DNA from: Balanoglossus misakiensis | Taxonomy: Eukaryota > Animalia > Hemichordata | Direction: 5' to 3' | NCBI GenBank assembly: GCA_040954595.2 | Contig: CM082587.2 | Coordinates: 5,444,206-5,508,205 of the forward strand | DNA: 64,000 bases | Part shown: piece by piece, positions 1 through 11,600 of the stretch | How positions within the stretch are numbered: the first letter of the stretch is position 1 | How the letters are laid out: every line of letters begins with the position of its first letter | Translations under genes and position numbers: made by a program | Notes under the pieces: model-generated | Databases searched by the model: none | What the model saw: the letters and a program-made list of their open reading frames with translations, nothing else | Told to the model about the DNA's origin: nothing

Positions 1-294
1 TTTACTTTATGATAAGCTTGGCTGGTCACGTGTTAAATGAGGTCAGCCAGGACAAGGTCCTAAGGGAAACGACATTTCACATCAACACGGGGTCTCTTGC
101 GAGGGGACAGTCTCTGGCTAAAAACATCGGATACAGTTTAAATTTCCATTTAGGATAATAAACATGGAAAACGAAAAATTCCTTAAAAGCATAAAGTCTG
201 GAGCTGAGCTCTCGCGGGGCGACGATTAATATTGAAGTTCTAAAATATAGTCAACGTATTTAAATCTAAAAAAGTGTCATCTTAAAATTATCAT

Positions 295-1551
295 TTAAAC
301 GCTTTCAAAATAGCGGCGCATTTCTTTTGCCAAACGCTGGTGAAATGCGTATTGAGACATTTCAACGCTTGGGACATATCGCCCTGTGTCGTAAGCAGAC
401 GACATTAGGCCCAAATGAACGCCTTCGCACACATCGTCGTCCTCTTCCTGAATTTTGTCGGCCAAACCGACGCTATTCTGGATGAAAGCGTCCACTTCGT
501 CCTTCGGTCTGGCGTCCATGTACGACTTGTCCAGGAAGAAATCAAAGACGAAGTCGGTTCGATCATAATCGCGCGGGAATAAAGTGATCGCTTCGAGCCA
601 GGGGCCGTACCTGCTGACCATGAAGTTGGGATATATGTAGTTGTACGTGGACTTCTTGCCAATTCTCTGCTCTGCTTTCGGGGTGTCCGCTTTGGTTTCC
701 AGGACCTGGATGGTGTAATCCTCCGTGACGTCCACCATGCGCAGGGACTTGGCGTTGTAATACTCATCGCTGAAACTTCTGTGGGTGACGTCGACGTGAT
801 AGCCGCCGTCGCTGAAGTTTTCCACCACGGTCTTCCAGTTTGCCTTGATAGGATGGGTGGTTCGGTTTACGAAGACGGCGTTTTCCTGACTGGTATAGCC
901 GTGATCCCTGAGAGTTCTCTCCACTGCCTCCAACTTCAAACCTGCGTCTTCTCCGACGTTGTGGCCCCCGAGCTTCACCAGAACGAACGGACCCCAGGCG
1001 GTCACGGGCACGTGTTTCAAACCGCTTTCGGACGCCCTGAAGTCTTGGATTCCTCTCATTTTCGTGGCCTTCGAGAGCCGACCGTCCAATCTGTAGGTCC
1101 AGCCATGATAAGAGCAGCGAAGCTGGTCAGCGACGCCGTCACCTTTAGCCACCGGCATCCCTCGGTGGCAGCAAGCGTTAACAAAGGCTCGCAACTGGCC
1201 GTCCAGGTCCCTGCAGACCACCAGCGGCTCGTCCACCATCACGGCTGTGAAGTACTGGCCAGCAGTACTGACTTGGTCAACGCGTCCAACCGCCAGCCAG
1301 TTGTTCTTGAAAACCGTCTCTTTCTCCAGTCTATACATGTCAGGGCTCACATACCAAGAAGACGGTGGGGTAGTGCCTTGTTCGATCGGAACTGAAGGAT
1401 CGTATCGGAAAACCGTCTCCTTCAGGGAATCATGATGGAGTGTATGTTGGCGACGGACAAAGCAGAGAATCTCACACCTTTTCCCCATGGCGAGTTTTCG
1501 ACTTGTGGAGATGGTCAGGCATGTTAGGACACGGCCAACAGACGATATCAT
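295..1551 (-). CDS. Rieske non-heme iron oxygenase, choline monooxygenase-like (single coding exon)
   Basis: Rieske ligands CxH...CxxH (NACCHRG...RCSYHGW), mononuclear Fe motif ENFSDGGYHVDVTH plus a later Asp (QEEDDDVCEGV), N-terminal TPPSSWY and C-terminal GRYVPSVE typical of choline monooxygenases. Start placed at ATG 1551 (ACTACCATG; Ser/Thr/Arg-rich transit-peptide-like N-terminus). The ORF is open to 1800. Confidence 0.88.
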   Translation of the reverse strand: MISSVGRVLTCLTISTSRKLAMGKRCEILCFVRRQHTLHHDSLKETVFRYDPSVPIEQGTTPPSSWYVSPDMYRLEKETVFKNNWLAVGRVDQVSTAGQYFTAVMVDEPLVVCRDLDGQLRAFVNACCHRGMPVAKGDGVADQLRCSYHGWTYRLDGRLSKATKMRGIQDFRASESGLKHVPVTAWGPFVLVKLGGHNVGEDAGLKLEAVERTLRDHGYTSQENAVFVNRTTHPIKANWKTVVENFSDGGYHVDVTHRSFSDEYYNAKSLRMVDVTEDYTIQVLETKADTPKAEQRIGKKSTYNYIYPNFMVSRYGPWLEAITLFPRDYDRTDFVFDFFLDKSYMDARPKDEVDAFIQNSVGLADKIQEEDDDVCEGVHLGLMSSAYDTGRYVPSVEMSQYAFHQRLAKEMRRYFESV

Positions 1552-2041
1552 GGTAGTTTTTAGATCTATACACACAGGTGTCTTGTGGAGGAATAACTGT
1601 GGGGTGGTGAGGGTAAGCACAGATTGTACCGTTTGCCTGGTAACACCGTGTCTTGTAGTGAAGAATTTGATTGAGAATGACAAACATGACCCTTTAATTT
1701 GCACAAGGCGATGTCCAACATTAGCATACATTAGCACTTTCGCTACAATGGCTAAATATTGTCCATGCGGGTAAACTCTGGCGTGGTGTGAAAGTCTCAT
1801 TCACTGATTTACTTGCGGACGCATGCATTATTTTTGTCTGTGTATATGCTCATACCTAGCTGTGAAAGCATGAAAAGTTTGCGCACATGATAACATTATA
1901 GGCTTATCATAAATATCTTTTGCCGCGAGTGCAATAAATTTGATCAGTTGGTTTTGATCAATTCGAGTAAAGTTAAAATGAACGTTGTTTAAAAGGCTAG
2001 TAATTATTTATGAAGTACATGTACATGTACTTGCTTTTATT

Positions 2042-3417
2042 TCACAACATTGACTGTATGCCTTTACGAGGGTAAAATTCAAGGCTACAGTGACAAAGCT
2101 CGTGGTTGTCTTTGCTTATAACAAAATTCAACCTGTCTGGATTTTCCTTCTCTTCCCAGGTTTCGACTGTCAGCGTATCACCAGGCACGGTTTCATCGAT
2201 ATGCAAGACATCTATTGCTTTAATCTTGTACTGTGACATGTCATCAGTATACAAAGAGTACGCGCCGCTCTTTATTGCAGCGTTGGCACACTCTTGCGCG
2301 TATCTTACGTACGCTGAGAAGTTGGTGTGTTGGTTTTCGTCCGAATCGTCGTACGGTACGATGACATTCTCCTTGAAGGTGTCCACAGGCCTGTCTTTTA
2401 ACCTTTGCATAAACGCTGGCCTCTGTGCTGCTAAATGCTGTGACCCGAACATATCGCGAAACCAGTCGGGCATCCTCTCTGGTCGTCGTGTTGACTCATT
2501 TGCCTTCACCATCTGGACAGACCGCGATACTAATGCTTTGCCACCGTTGTGATCATCAGAGCCTGTGATCTTCATCTGGTAGGAAAACGACGTGTTGCCG
2601 ATACTTGTTAATTCGTAACGAACATGCAAGTCGCTTGATGATTGTATTTTCGCGTGGAAGTCCCTGGAAATGTGCCAAACTTGGGAGCGAATGAAGACGG
2701 GAATGAGGTCCCCCAGACGTAAGAAGTTGAACTCCGGCGACAGTATCATGGACCGTATGTAATTGAACATATCCGAAATGTTCACTGGGTCCATATTGCC
2801 TGCAACGAAGGAGATCAGAAAATTGGTTTGGTGCTGTCGGATAAAAGTCTACTCCGTTTCAGACAAACAATTATGTTTTGGTTGGTTTTAATGTATTTAA
2901 CAGTTGGTGCACCTGAGCATAGACCCTAGGGTCTATGACCTGAGTAACAAAGGTAATACAACACAACGTAATTGTTTGTTTGAATCGGCATGATTCACCC
3001 AGTAATGGCCTTGTGTTAGTTACTGATTAAATTCTCAGTTCAAAAAACTTCAGCCTGACCACGTAGTATTGTCGGCGACATTTGGACCCGGCCAAAGTAT
3101 ATAAATCGACTAGCACAGGCCGGACACAAAAAACTACAAAACGTTCAGTCCCGTTTACGTATAAATATGAACCCGTTTGAAATGTTTCAGGGTTAGGGTC
3201 CGCTACACACACAGCGACTGCTCGAGTCCTACCCCCACTCACAGTCCCTCTATCTCACAGAGGGTCAGTGTGTGGAACCCCCTGCGTCCGTGTTCGATGT
3301 GAAAAGTGGTGTATTGTTGCACGGCATCCTACCTGCCCTGACAAATCTATCATAATCACGCCTTTCCAACAGAGCAGAGAAGTTCGAGCTGTTGGGTTTG
3401 TAGTCTACCACCTTCAT
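2042..3417 (-). CDS. double-hotdog acyl-thioesterase-like protein, 2 coding exons (3417-3333, 2799-2042)
   Basis: Hotdog-fold motifs SIGNTSFSY and PYDDSDENQHTNFSAYVRY. Exon 1 (MKVVDYKP...DYDRFVRA) ends GCAG|gtagg in phase 1 and joins ttgcag|GCAATATG in frame, giving RAGNMDP. Confidence 0.72.
2911..2944. mobile_element. 20-bp palindrome flanked by a 7-bp direct repeat; collapsed DNA-transposon remnant
   Basis: acctgag-catagaccctagggtctatg-acctgag, within the thioesterase intron. Confidence 0.6.
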
Positions 3418-3987
3418 CGTCCCTGACGGAGATCATCAGCACACAAACACACCGGGGTCGGGTTTCCAAACCGGAAGTTTGACTGCTCACATGTCAAATT
3501 ATGGCCGCGCGCCACGTACCGCACCAGGATAAAACCTTCAGGGATGAACCATTTCACATACATGGGAGGGGGGGGGGTGTCAGGGGACACCCCTGAAAAA
3601 AAACAACCGGATAAAGTTGGCAAACCTTTTTTTTTAATCATGCCAAGTTGAGACAAAATGATTCTTTCCGTGCGGAATTGACAAACAAAGACACTAAAAT
3701 GCATGTAGGCCTATATGTCCTGATTTATTAGGTCTGTGACCTATTTTATTTGAGAGCAACAGGCTACGATTACTATGAACTGCATGAACACTTTTGCACT
3801 GCAACCAAAGGAGTGGCAATGTTGTTGAACCGCAGCAAGGGCCTAGGGGACTAATGACTTGCATTTTCAATTTATTCATGTCAATTATTTCAATATGCAT
3901 GAACATATACACATACAAACAAACAAACAAACACAAATCGCTGGGGGTCACTATTTGAAAGTTGGTCACCCACTTTTCAATTTTCAA

Positions 3988-4073
3988 TGAGGGGGTGGTC
4001 AGTCACTTTTTTGATATCCACAAAAATAAAAACCACCCCCTTCCCCCACAGGCTGAAGAAACTGACCAGTCCC
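3988..4073 (-). repeat. terminal fragment of a dispersed non-autonomous repeat
   Basis: The reverse complement (gggactggtcagtttcttcagcctg...G-run...gatatcaaaaaagtgactgaccacccc) resembles 9309-9385, and its start matches 40981-41006 (aggaactggtcagtttcttcggcctg). Confidence 0.6.
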
Positions 4074-4848
4074 GCGTCATGGTTGGGTCCGAGTTGGTAG
4101 CTCTATGGTATCCCGAACAAATACGGGAATATTATGCAAACAGAAACCATGCTCTTCTGATTTGTATACCTATGATACACTTTTTGAAACGTCAAGAAAG
4201 TCGTGCGTGCAGTTTATATAGTACAATGCTTTTCCGTATAGCCATGAACATGTTGGGAAGGTTCATTGCACTATCTTGAGGGAGGTGCGACAAAGGAATG
4301 TCGCGCTGCTGACAAACAATCGATCAACGCATCGACTGTGGTATAGAGTATTGAAGAGCACAGTCCCTCAAGAATAAAGAGCAGGGGATTGAACTGTGTG
4401 GTTTCATTACAAAAGGACCAAGGTCCTACTCGTTGGTATGTACGTAATGGCATAGACCATTATTAATCAGTGCATGTTACGGTACGTTAACACCAACCAG
4501 TTACATAACACCAACCAAGCAGTAAATTCTTAAATTTTTCTGATGAGACAGCCGGGTTCGTTTATAGTCGTGATTTTAATTTACAGGCTAAATGACAAAA
4601 AAGATACAGGTATAGTCACAATGCAAGCCTATTATATAAGCATTAAGTCTTTCATTGTCTCTTACAGATAGACTGGTAGCGACGTGATCATTCACATAAT
4701 CCATTCTGTATGATTGTATTATTTGCAATTTTGTAAACACTGTAATTATAATTAGGATTATTTAACAAGAAGACGGGTGTGGACCCGCACATTAACAGTA
4801 TAAACGGTACTGGACCCAGTATACTTCGTCGGGAATCAATCAGACGTG

Positions 4849-7800
4849 GAAATGGACCTGTCGGCGAGACTTGAAGATCTTGAGGCTGGAGCGATGTGTT
4901 TAGAGCCTGGGCATGATGAACGGCATGAGTTAATGAAGAGAACCGTGGATGCAGCGGAAAATTTCTTGGCTGGATTGGAAACTCAGGATTCTAAAGCGTT
5001 TTATGTGGGAGAAGGCAACAATGTGACGTCAGGAATTCTAAATAGTCCTATCACGGACCAAGGTACCAGTTTAGGTACGTATACGTATGCTGTTACGGTT
5101 ATACTTTGTCTGTGGTTATACTGCGTTCCTGTTGAATAAACAACCTTCAATGTACTTATGACGACTGGATTTTCTCGGATGTTTCGCTTTCAGATAAGTT
5201 GTTGGGTTTATTTGAACAGACTGTTTTAAAATCAGGCGTTGAAGCGGCGCATGGTGGACATCTAGGTTTTATTCCGGGGGGAGGTTTGTTCCCATCGGCC
5301 ATTGGGGACTACTTGACAGCCGTGACAAACAAGTACACCGGTATGTTTTAAACCATTCCAATTTTTGGCAATTCAAGCACAAATTTGATGTGGTATATAG
5401 CTCTCCGGCTTTTAGGACCATGGAAGCGGATAGCAACCACGTCTATTAATTTTCATGATTTAGCGTATCCAAGCGAGATAGAGCCGCTACAAAAGCCAAG
5501 CTATTTTAGTCTAGTCTGTATATGGCTATACCCACCACAAATAGCAACTTTTCTCTTCAGAATGCATTTTGGAGAGGTATCTGGAACAGCATATTAAAAT
5601 GCGCCCGAATCTAAACTTAAACTGAGCACACGTGAGTTTCGTAGTGTAATTGATTACCAAGAGCCAATTATCCTTTTATTTATTTCATGAAAAAAATTCA
5701 TGTCACCACTTCTGTTATATAGGGGTCTTCTACGTGGGACCGGATGGGGTTCGATTGGAGAATATGTTGGTTTCCTGGGCGGCCGGACTATGTGGCTATC
5801 CACCAGGGCATGCTGGGAACTTAACAAGCGGTGGGTCATCAGGAACTCTTATTGCCGTGGCAACAGCCCGAGAAAGCAGGAACATAAAAGGAAAAGACTA
5901 TGACAAGTACCAATATTGTCTTATTTGTGTCCTGTTCTTCCAGTCTTTCTCTCTCGACCCCTCTCTCTAAAATGGCACCTTTTTAGTACAATATATCACA
6001 TGTGATTGTGCAATTTACATATGGGATTGTTGGTTATGACAAACGTTTACTTCTGATATGATGCACAGAACTATGCATTCACAGTTCAAGCATGTACATG
6101 TACATGTACATGTATATGTATATAGGACGAAATTTTAGCATTAGCTAACATATTTGTGGTCATAAATGTCAAACAATATCAAGTTTTATTCTTTCCAGAC
6201 TGGTTGTGTATGTGACGGAAATGACGCATTATTGCTTCGAGAAATCAGCCAGAGTGCTTGGAATGAGTGAGGCCATTGTCAGAAAAATCCCCGTGACAGA
6301 GAAGTTGACAATGGACGTGAAAAGTTTGAGAAAACGTATAGCAAAGGACGAAGAGGTAATTTGACAATTACATCTGAAGGGTGATTGACGCCTTTTGAGA
6401 TTTCTGATGTGTCACTACGCGCAATTTATCGATGGTCTACTGCCGTTTAAACCACTGATCCCTCTTGGCAGGTTATTTGTTGTACGGGGAAATAACCCCC
6501 ATTTTCCAAAGGCTTGCGCCAAACGTACCGTCATCATCTGAAATAGCGCTATGTATGCCCAGCTGTGCGAGAACATAATCTACAATAAACGAAAGGTTGT
6601 GAGTGTCACATCAGAGTACGTCTTCCGCGATCCGCGTTGCTGATCAACCATATAAATCGTGGAAAAGATGTGACAGACAAAGGGTGTCTTTTTCGTATTA
6701 CAAGTTTCTTTTAAAACATAACTATTCGTTTAATTGTCAGGACGGGTTGAAGCCGTTTATCATTGTTGCAAGTGCCGGCACCGTTGTCAGCGGCTCGGTA
6801 GATCCTATTGACCAAATAGCCGATGTGGCAGAGGAATACAATGTGTGGCTTCACGTGGACGCGGCGTATGGCGGATTCTTTCTTCTAGTTGATGAGGTCA
6901 GGCATCTTTTCAAGGGAATTGAGAGGAGTGATTCGGTCATCTTGGATCCACATAAAGGTAATCAGCTTGCAATTGATTCACTCAACACCCACCTCTGTGT
7001 AACACAGCATTATTGGGTTTTATGCGCTTGTGAATTAATCGCAGATGATATAAAGTGGTCATTTTCTACCGTAATATTTCAGGCATGTTCCTCCCTTTTG
7101 GCTCGGGAATAGTACTGGTTCGTGATGGTGGCAAACTTCGCAGGGCCTTTTCCACAGCAAATAAAGACACCAATTATCTCGGAGATGCTGGAGACCTGGA
7201 ATTTTCGCCGTGCGAGCTGTCGTTCGAGCTAACCAAACACTCGAGGTAAAGGGATGTTTCAAATTCAAGCTATGTACTACACGCGATGATGTTTATGTTC
7301 CCCAGAAAATTTAATTTTGGAAACCCAATGTTGTCCAATGCGCTTTTTACACGATTCCTTTTATAGAGGTCTAAGAATGTGGCTGCCGCTGAAGTTGTTT
7401 GGCGTGAAAGCGTTTGCGACGGCACTGGAAGAAAAGCTCGTGCTGGCCAAGTATTTCCACGAAAGAATCACATGTGAGACCGATTTTTATAATATGGATG
7501 GTTAAATGTCTTCAGAATGTCGATCATTAAAATACCAGAATGCGTAATACCGAAGGCTTTTGAATGTAAAACAAAACATTGAAGGCCAATAATTCAGTAC
7601 CCCAAAGTGTTGACAATGTGAAGAAATGTTGTCTTTCTAAACTTGATCGAGAATGTATTTTTAAATCAACCTAATATAACGGACGTTCATGTTAAAATGC
7701 CATTTTTCTTTCGTTTCTTTTCAAGCTATGGAAGGCTTTGTAAGTAAGTGGTACCCGCATCTTAGTATAGTGGTCTTTTACTACGACACCAAAGACGATG

Positions 7801-8009
7801 AGCGGACAGAAAAATTCAACAGGGAGCTTCAAGAAAACGTTCTGGCTGACGGAAGAGTCTTCATGTCATCCGTGACGATCAGGGGAAAATATTTCCTCAG
7901 AATATGTGTTTTAGGTTTTCGCACTCATCGAAAGCATATCGACTTATGCTTACGAATCGTTCAAGAAAATGCCGCTTTGTTAAAAGCTAAATACATGTGT
8001 AAGATATAG
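4849..8009 (+). CDS. group II PLP-dependent decarboxylase (aromatic L-amino acid decarboxylase-like, bacterial-like subtype), 8 exons
   Basis: Exons 4849-5074, 5194-5340, 5723-5906, 6199-6355, 6741-6957, 7083-7245, 7367-7473 and 7726-8009 splice in frame. Motifs: GHLGFIPGGGLFPSAIGDYL, LTSGGS, SAGTVVSGSVDP, WLHVDAAYGG, PLP lysine in LDPHKGMF, and LRICVLGFRTH. Confidence 0.9.
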
Positions 8010-8194
8010 TTTAGATTTTCCCCAAAAGACATCATATTCGTTCGCATCATGTCGATGTGAATTTTAAATAAATGAGGTGAATTTATTGTTCACTGAACTA
8101 AACTGTAAATATATTTATTTCGTCACCGTAATCTTTCTTACACATACATATTGCGTTGACAACTAAAGTTACGGTCTCTTGGCATCACGAATAA

Positions 8195-8275
8195 ATGGTC
8201 AGGCGTGACTTAAGAGGTCACGTGGTTCATACAGAGGTCAGTGACCGCACACGGTCAGGTTGATAGTCACGTGAT
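8195..8275 (+). promoter_or_regulatory. putative regulatory motif cluster upstream of kynurenine formamidase
   Basis: Two gtCACGTG E-boxes, several (A)GGTCA half-sites and an IR1-like aggtca-g-tgaccg (8235-8247) within about 80 bp. Confidence 0.4.
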
Positions 8276-8646
8276 GTAGGCCTAAGTGGTTGGGTGATGG
8301 TTGACATAGGAGCAAGCTATGTACATAGGGCATATAGCGAACCTGAGTCCCCCGCAGGTCCTCTTACAGAACGAGGTATACGTACGACAATATTCCGAAT
8401 ATTGACTGTCTGACTGTCACAAGGACAAGTTTGAGTGTCTGTGGTTGTACGCATCGCTTCATTTACAGACCGACCGTCTCAGTTACAGGAGGGTTATAAT
8501 AATACACGACGTGTGGTGAGACACCAGATGTTCATGATATCATGGAGGTACTAAGAGAATTCTTTCTCTAAAGCCGAGTGAAATTGCAAGTAATACTGAT
8601 TGACTGTATTCATTTCTCTAGTGCAACTCATTCATAGTGAAGAATA

Positions 8647-11600
8647 ATGACTTCTGAAGCAGAGGTAAGTGTCCCTGATGGCTATCATTCTAACACAATT
8701 TATGTATATAAAGGGGGGGGGGGGCATGGGTAATGGCTGTATGTAGCTGCAATAATTGTAGCTCTGCGTGGCAGGGCTGTGTTGTTACGGAGGACTCGCC
8801 GTAACAACACAGCCCTGCCACGCAGAGCTACAATAATTGTAGCCCGCTGGCTACAATTGTTGCAGATACGGCTGAATGTACATGTATAGGTATAGGTTAT
8901 TGCACGAGTAACGGTGCGTTACGCTTGATGTCACCACACGTTTGGTTACCAGTTTGTAAATGCATGCATGGTTTGAACAATAATAGGCTAGAGGCAAAGA
9001 GTGGTATAAATACAGGTATGACAGTTACTGCAAGCAAAAATAGAACTACCGGTACATGTTTATTTATACATCACAACATCTTGCTACACGTTTTTATGTA
9101 TTATTAAATGTGGATAAAACATTCTTGTGAGAAAAATGCCACATTTGTAGGACATTTAACACATTCTGATCCAAAGTTCCTTGATTTTGATGCAGGACTT
9201 AGAGCTGCAGTATTCACCCTCAAGATGGGCCAAACGCTTACGTGCTGATACAATTGTAGATCATCACATGCAAGTTGGTCTAGAAGGTACTCTTATATTT
9301 CACTATAATGGTCACTTTCTTTGGCCTGGGATGGGGGGGGGGGGATTCTAGTTTGTGCATATCAAAAAGTGACTGACCCTCCCACCCAATTCTAAAACAG
9401 GGTTAAGTTTTGACATTTTTTTCACTGTTGACACTCATGGTGAAGAACAAGGCATTGATGTTTGTCTGTATTACATTTGTACATTGTTTCAGCTTCCGTG
9501 AAAGCCAAATCTAAATTTGATCATGAACTTGACGTTGAATATTATGCTGAAGATAAAGTCTGTGTGGACATCTTCAAACCCAAAGACGTCACCCCAGGTG
9601 AGATGCAATATTTTTTTTTTTTGGCTCTTGCGTATTTCGTGAAAATCTATTGCTCGCGAAAATAACTCGTTTTACAGTAATATGCATGGACTAGAAATAG
9701 TATTCATTTCATTGTTATGGCAGATGCACCTGTTTTCATATTCATTTATGGTGGCTACTGGCAGCTTGCCTGGTAAGTTAAATCTTAATATTAGTTGCGA
9801 GTAATTTAAATTTGAATACACTGAAATCACTTGGAAATTTGTGTTAGCGACGACCAATGTTTCTCTTATTTGTCCCTCACTTATTTTTTTTTTCGACAGA
9901 CAATACATTTCACATTTCAAACATTTGAAACATAAAAATTGTCCGATGACTTTTTTTTGGCGATTTCAAAATCCACAGTTTTAACTTTTTGTTCATAGGT
10001 TCATTTGCAGAGCATTACTTGACCCTGATGAAGGTCAAAGGGGTTCAAATGTACGATCACTGTAATGGCAACTATTATTTTTATTTCAGTGTCAACGATG
10101 GCACTCATTTCGCCGTGCCTTTAATAAATGCTGGGAATATACTAGTAAATGCCAAGTACACAATCGCTCCTGAAGGTTTGTATAAGTTTTTCCATTATAC
10201 TTGAAAAGAAGTGATTTTTGTTGGGGGATCATGAATGGGCCTTTTATTGCGCTAAATGGACTATGTTATATTTTAGAGTTCTTTTCCTGGTCTATTATGA
10301 ACTTTTAAACATAGAATCCATGAGAGGATGACTGGATTTGTTACTCTATATGTTGCAGGCACCCTTAAGCAAATGGTTAACCAAATCAGACAGTGTGTGG
10401 TGTTTATAGCAAAAAGGTACCCTGAGTCAAGGTAACAAAAATGCTTTTGACGTATCGGTGTGTCTTTTGGTCTAACTCTGCTGTTTTGGAGTATATAGCA
10501 ACTGTTTTGAACATGGATATTGAATGTGTGATTTTTTTTTCAGGGGAATCTTTCTCGGTGGTCATTCCGCTGGGGGTCACCTGGCAGCCATGTGTCTGCC
10601 AGTTGATTGGACCAAGTTTGATGTCAAACAAGACATCATCAAGGGTAGGATGTTAACATACTGTAAAATGGGAAATTTTTCCAGACGGTACAAAGATTAA
10701 CCCCTCTCTGCAACCCATTGTCTATGGGGCCCTCAGCCTCAGCGCCTATACATAAACTGTGCGTGTGTGGACACAAGGCGACTCAAAGGATAAATGCTCT
10801 GTGTGTACCATAGGCAAAAGAGTGTCTCAAATTTTACCCTGTGTGAACCTGGTATTATTCAATGGGTGTTTTTAAGATGTCAACAGTGAATAAATGATCA
10901 TTTGTGTATTGTATATCTTTCCTAGGTATGTTTCTGCTGAGTGGGGTGTTTGATGTGACGCCTCTTGTTCATACATCCGACAATCAGGCATTGAAACTGA
11001 CAGAGTGAGTTATGACGTACACTTTCTGCTTTATTGCATTGCAGTACAGTACAGTGCACTGTGAAGGCTAAATTTGTGGTATAATGCAATCGCATACACA
11101 AGTAGAGATAATTATAATTAAACTTGTAGACATGTATAGACATGTAGCAGCTATACCTGTATAATGCACAGCCATTGTCTTTTAAATTGCTTTTGCTGGC
11201 AAACTTTCCAGAAATGTGATCAATTAGATTTCACACAGGAACCCAAGACTATAGTCCAGGAAGTGCTAGTATAATCTGATCAAAGTGTTGATCAGGTTTC
11301 ACCCATAAAATATCTTGCTGATGAGTCCCACTACAATTTTGATGTGACAACCCAATTATTATTAATTATTTATATGTTGTCTGTTTTCAGAGCTGGAGCG
11401 AAAGCAGTCAGTCCAATAACATACATGAAGGAGATGTACAGCTTTTCTGAACACTGTAAAATAATCGTCGCCCTAGGGGAACACGACCCCCCAGCTTTTT
11501 TCCAGCAATCAAAGGCATTCTCTCAAGTAAGCATATCATGCACTACAGCTGCACATTTCAAATGGTCTTTTTGTATGAAGACATTTTTCATTGCCATGGT

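Noticed and set aside
1552-1800. 83-aa N-terminal extension of the Rieske ORF
   Set aside because: No family resemblance and intron/UTR-like composition; ATG 1551 has a better context. Not formally excluded.
295-2799. Bacterial contamination
   Set aside because: Contiguous with spliced genes; the thioesterase itself has a GT-AG intron, and the flanks match host composition.
3189-3200. Telomere-like gggttaggg
   Set aside because: Fewer than two units; expected by chance.
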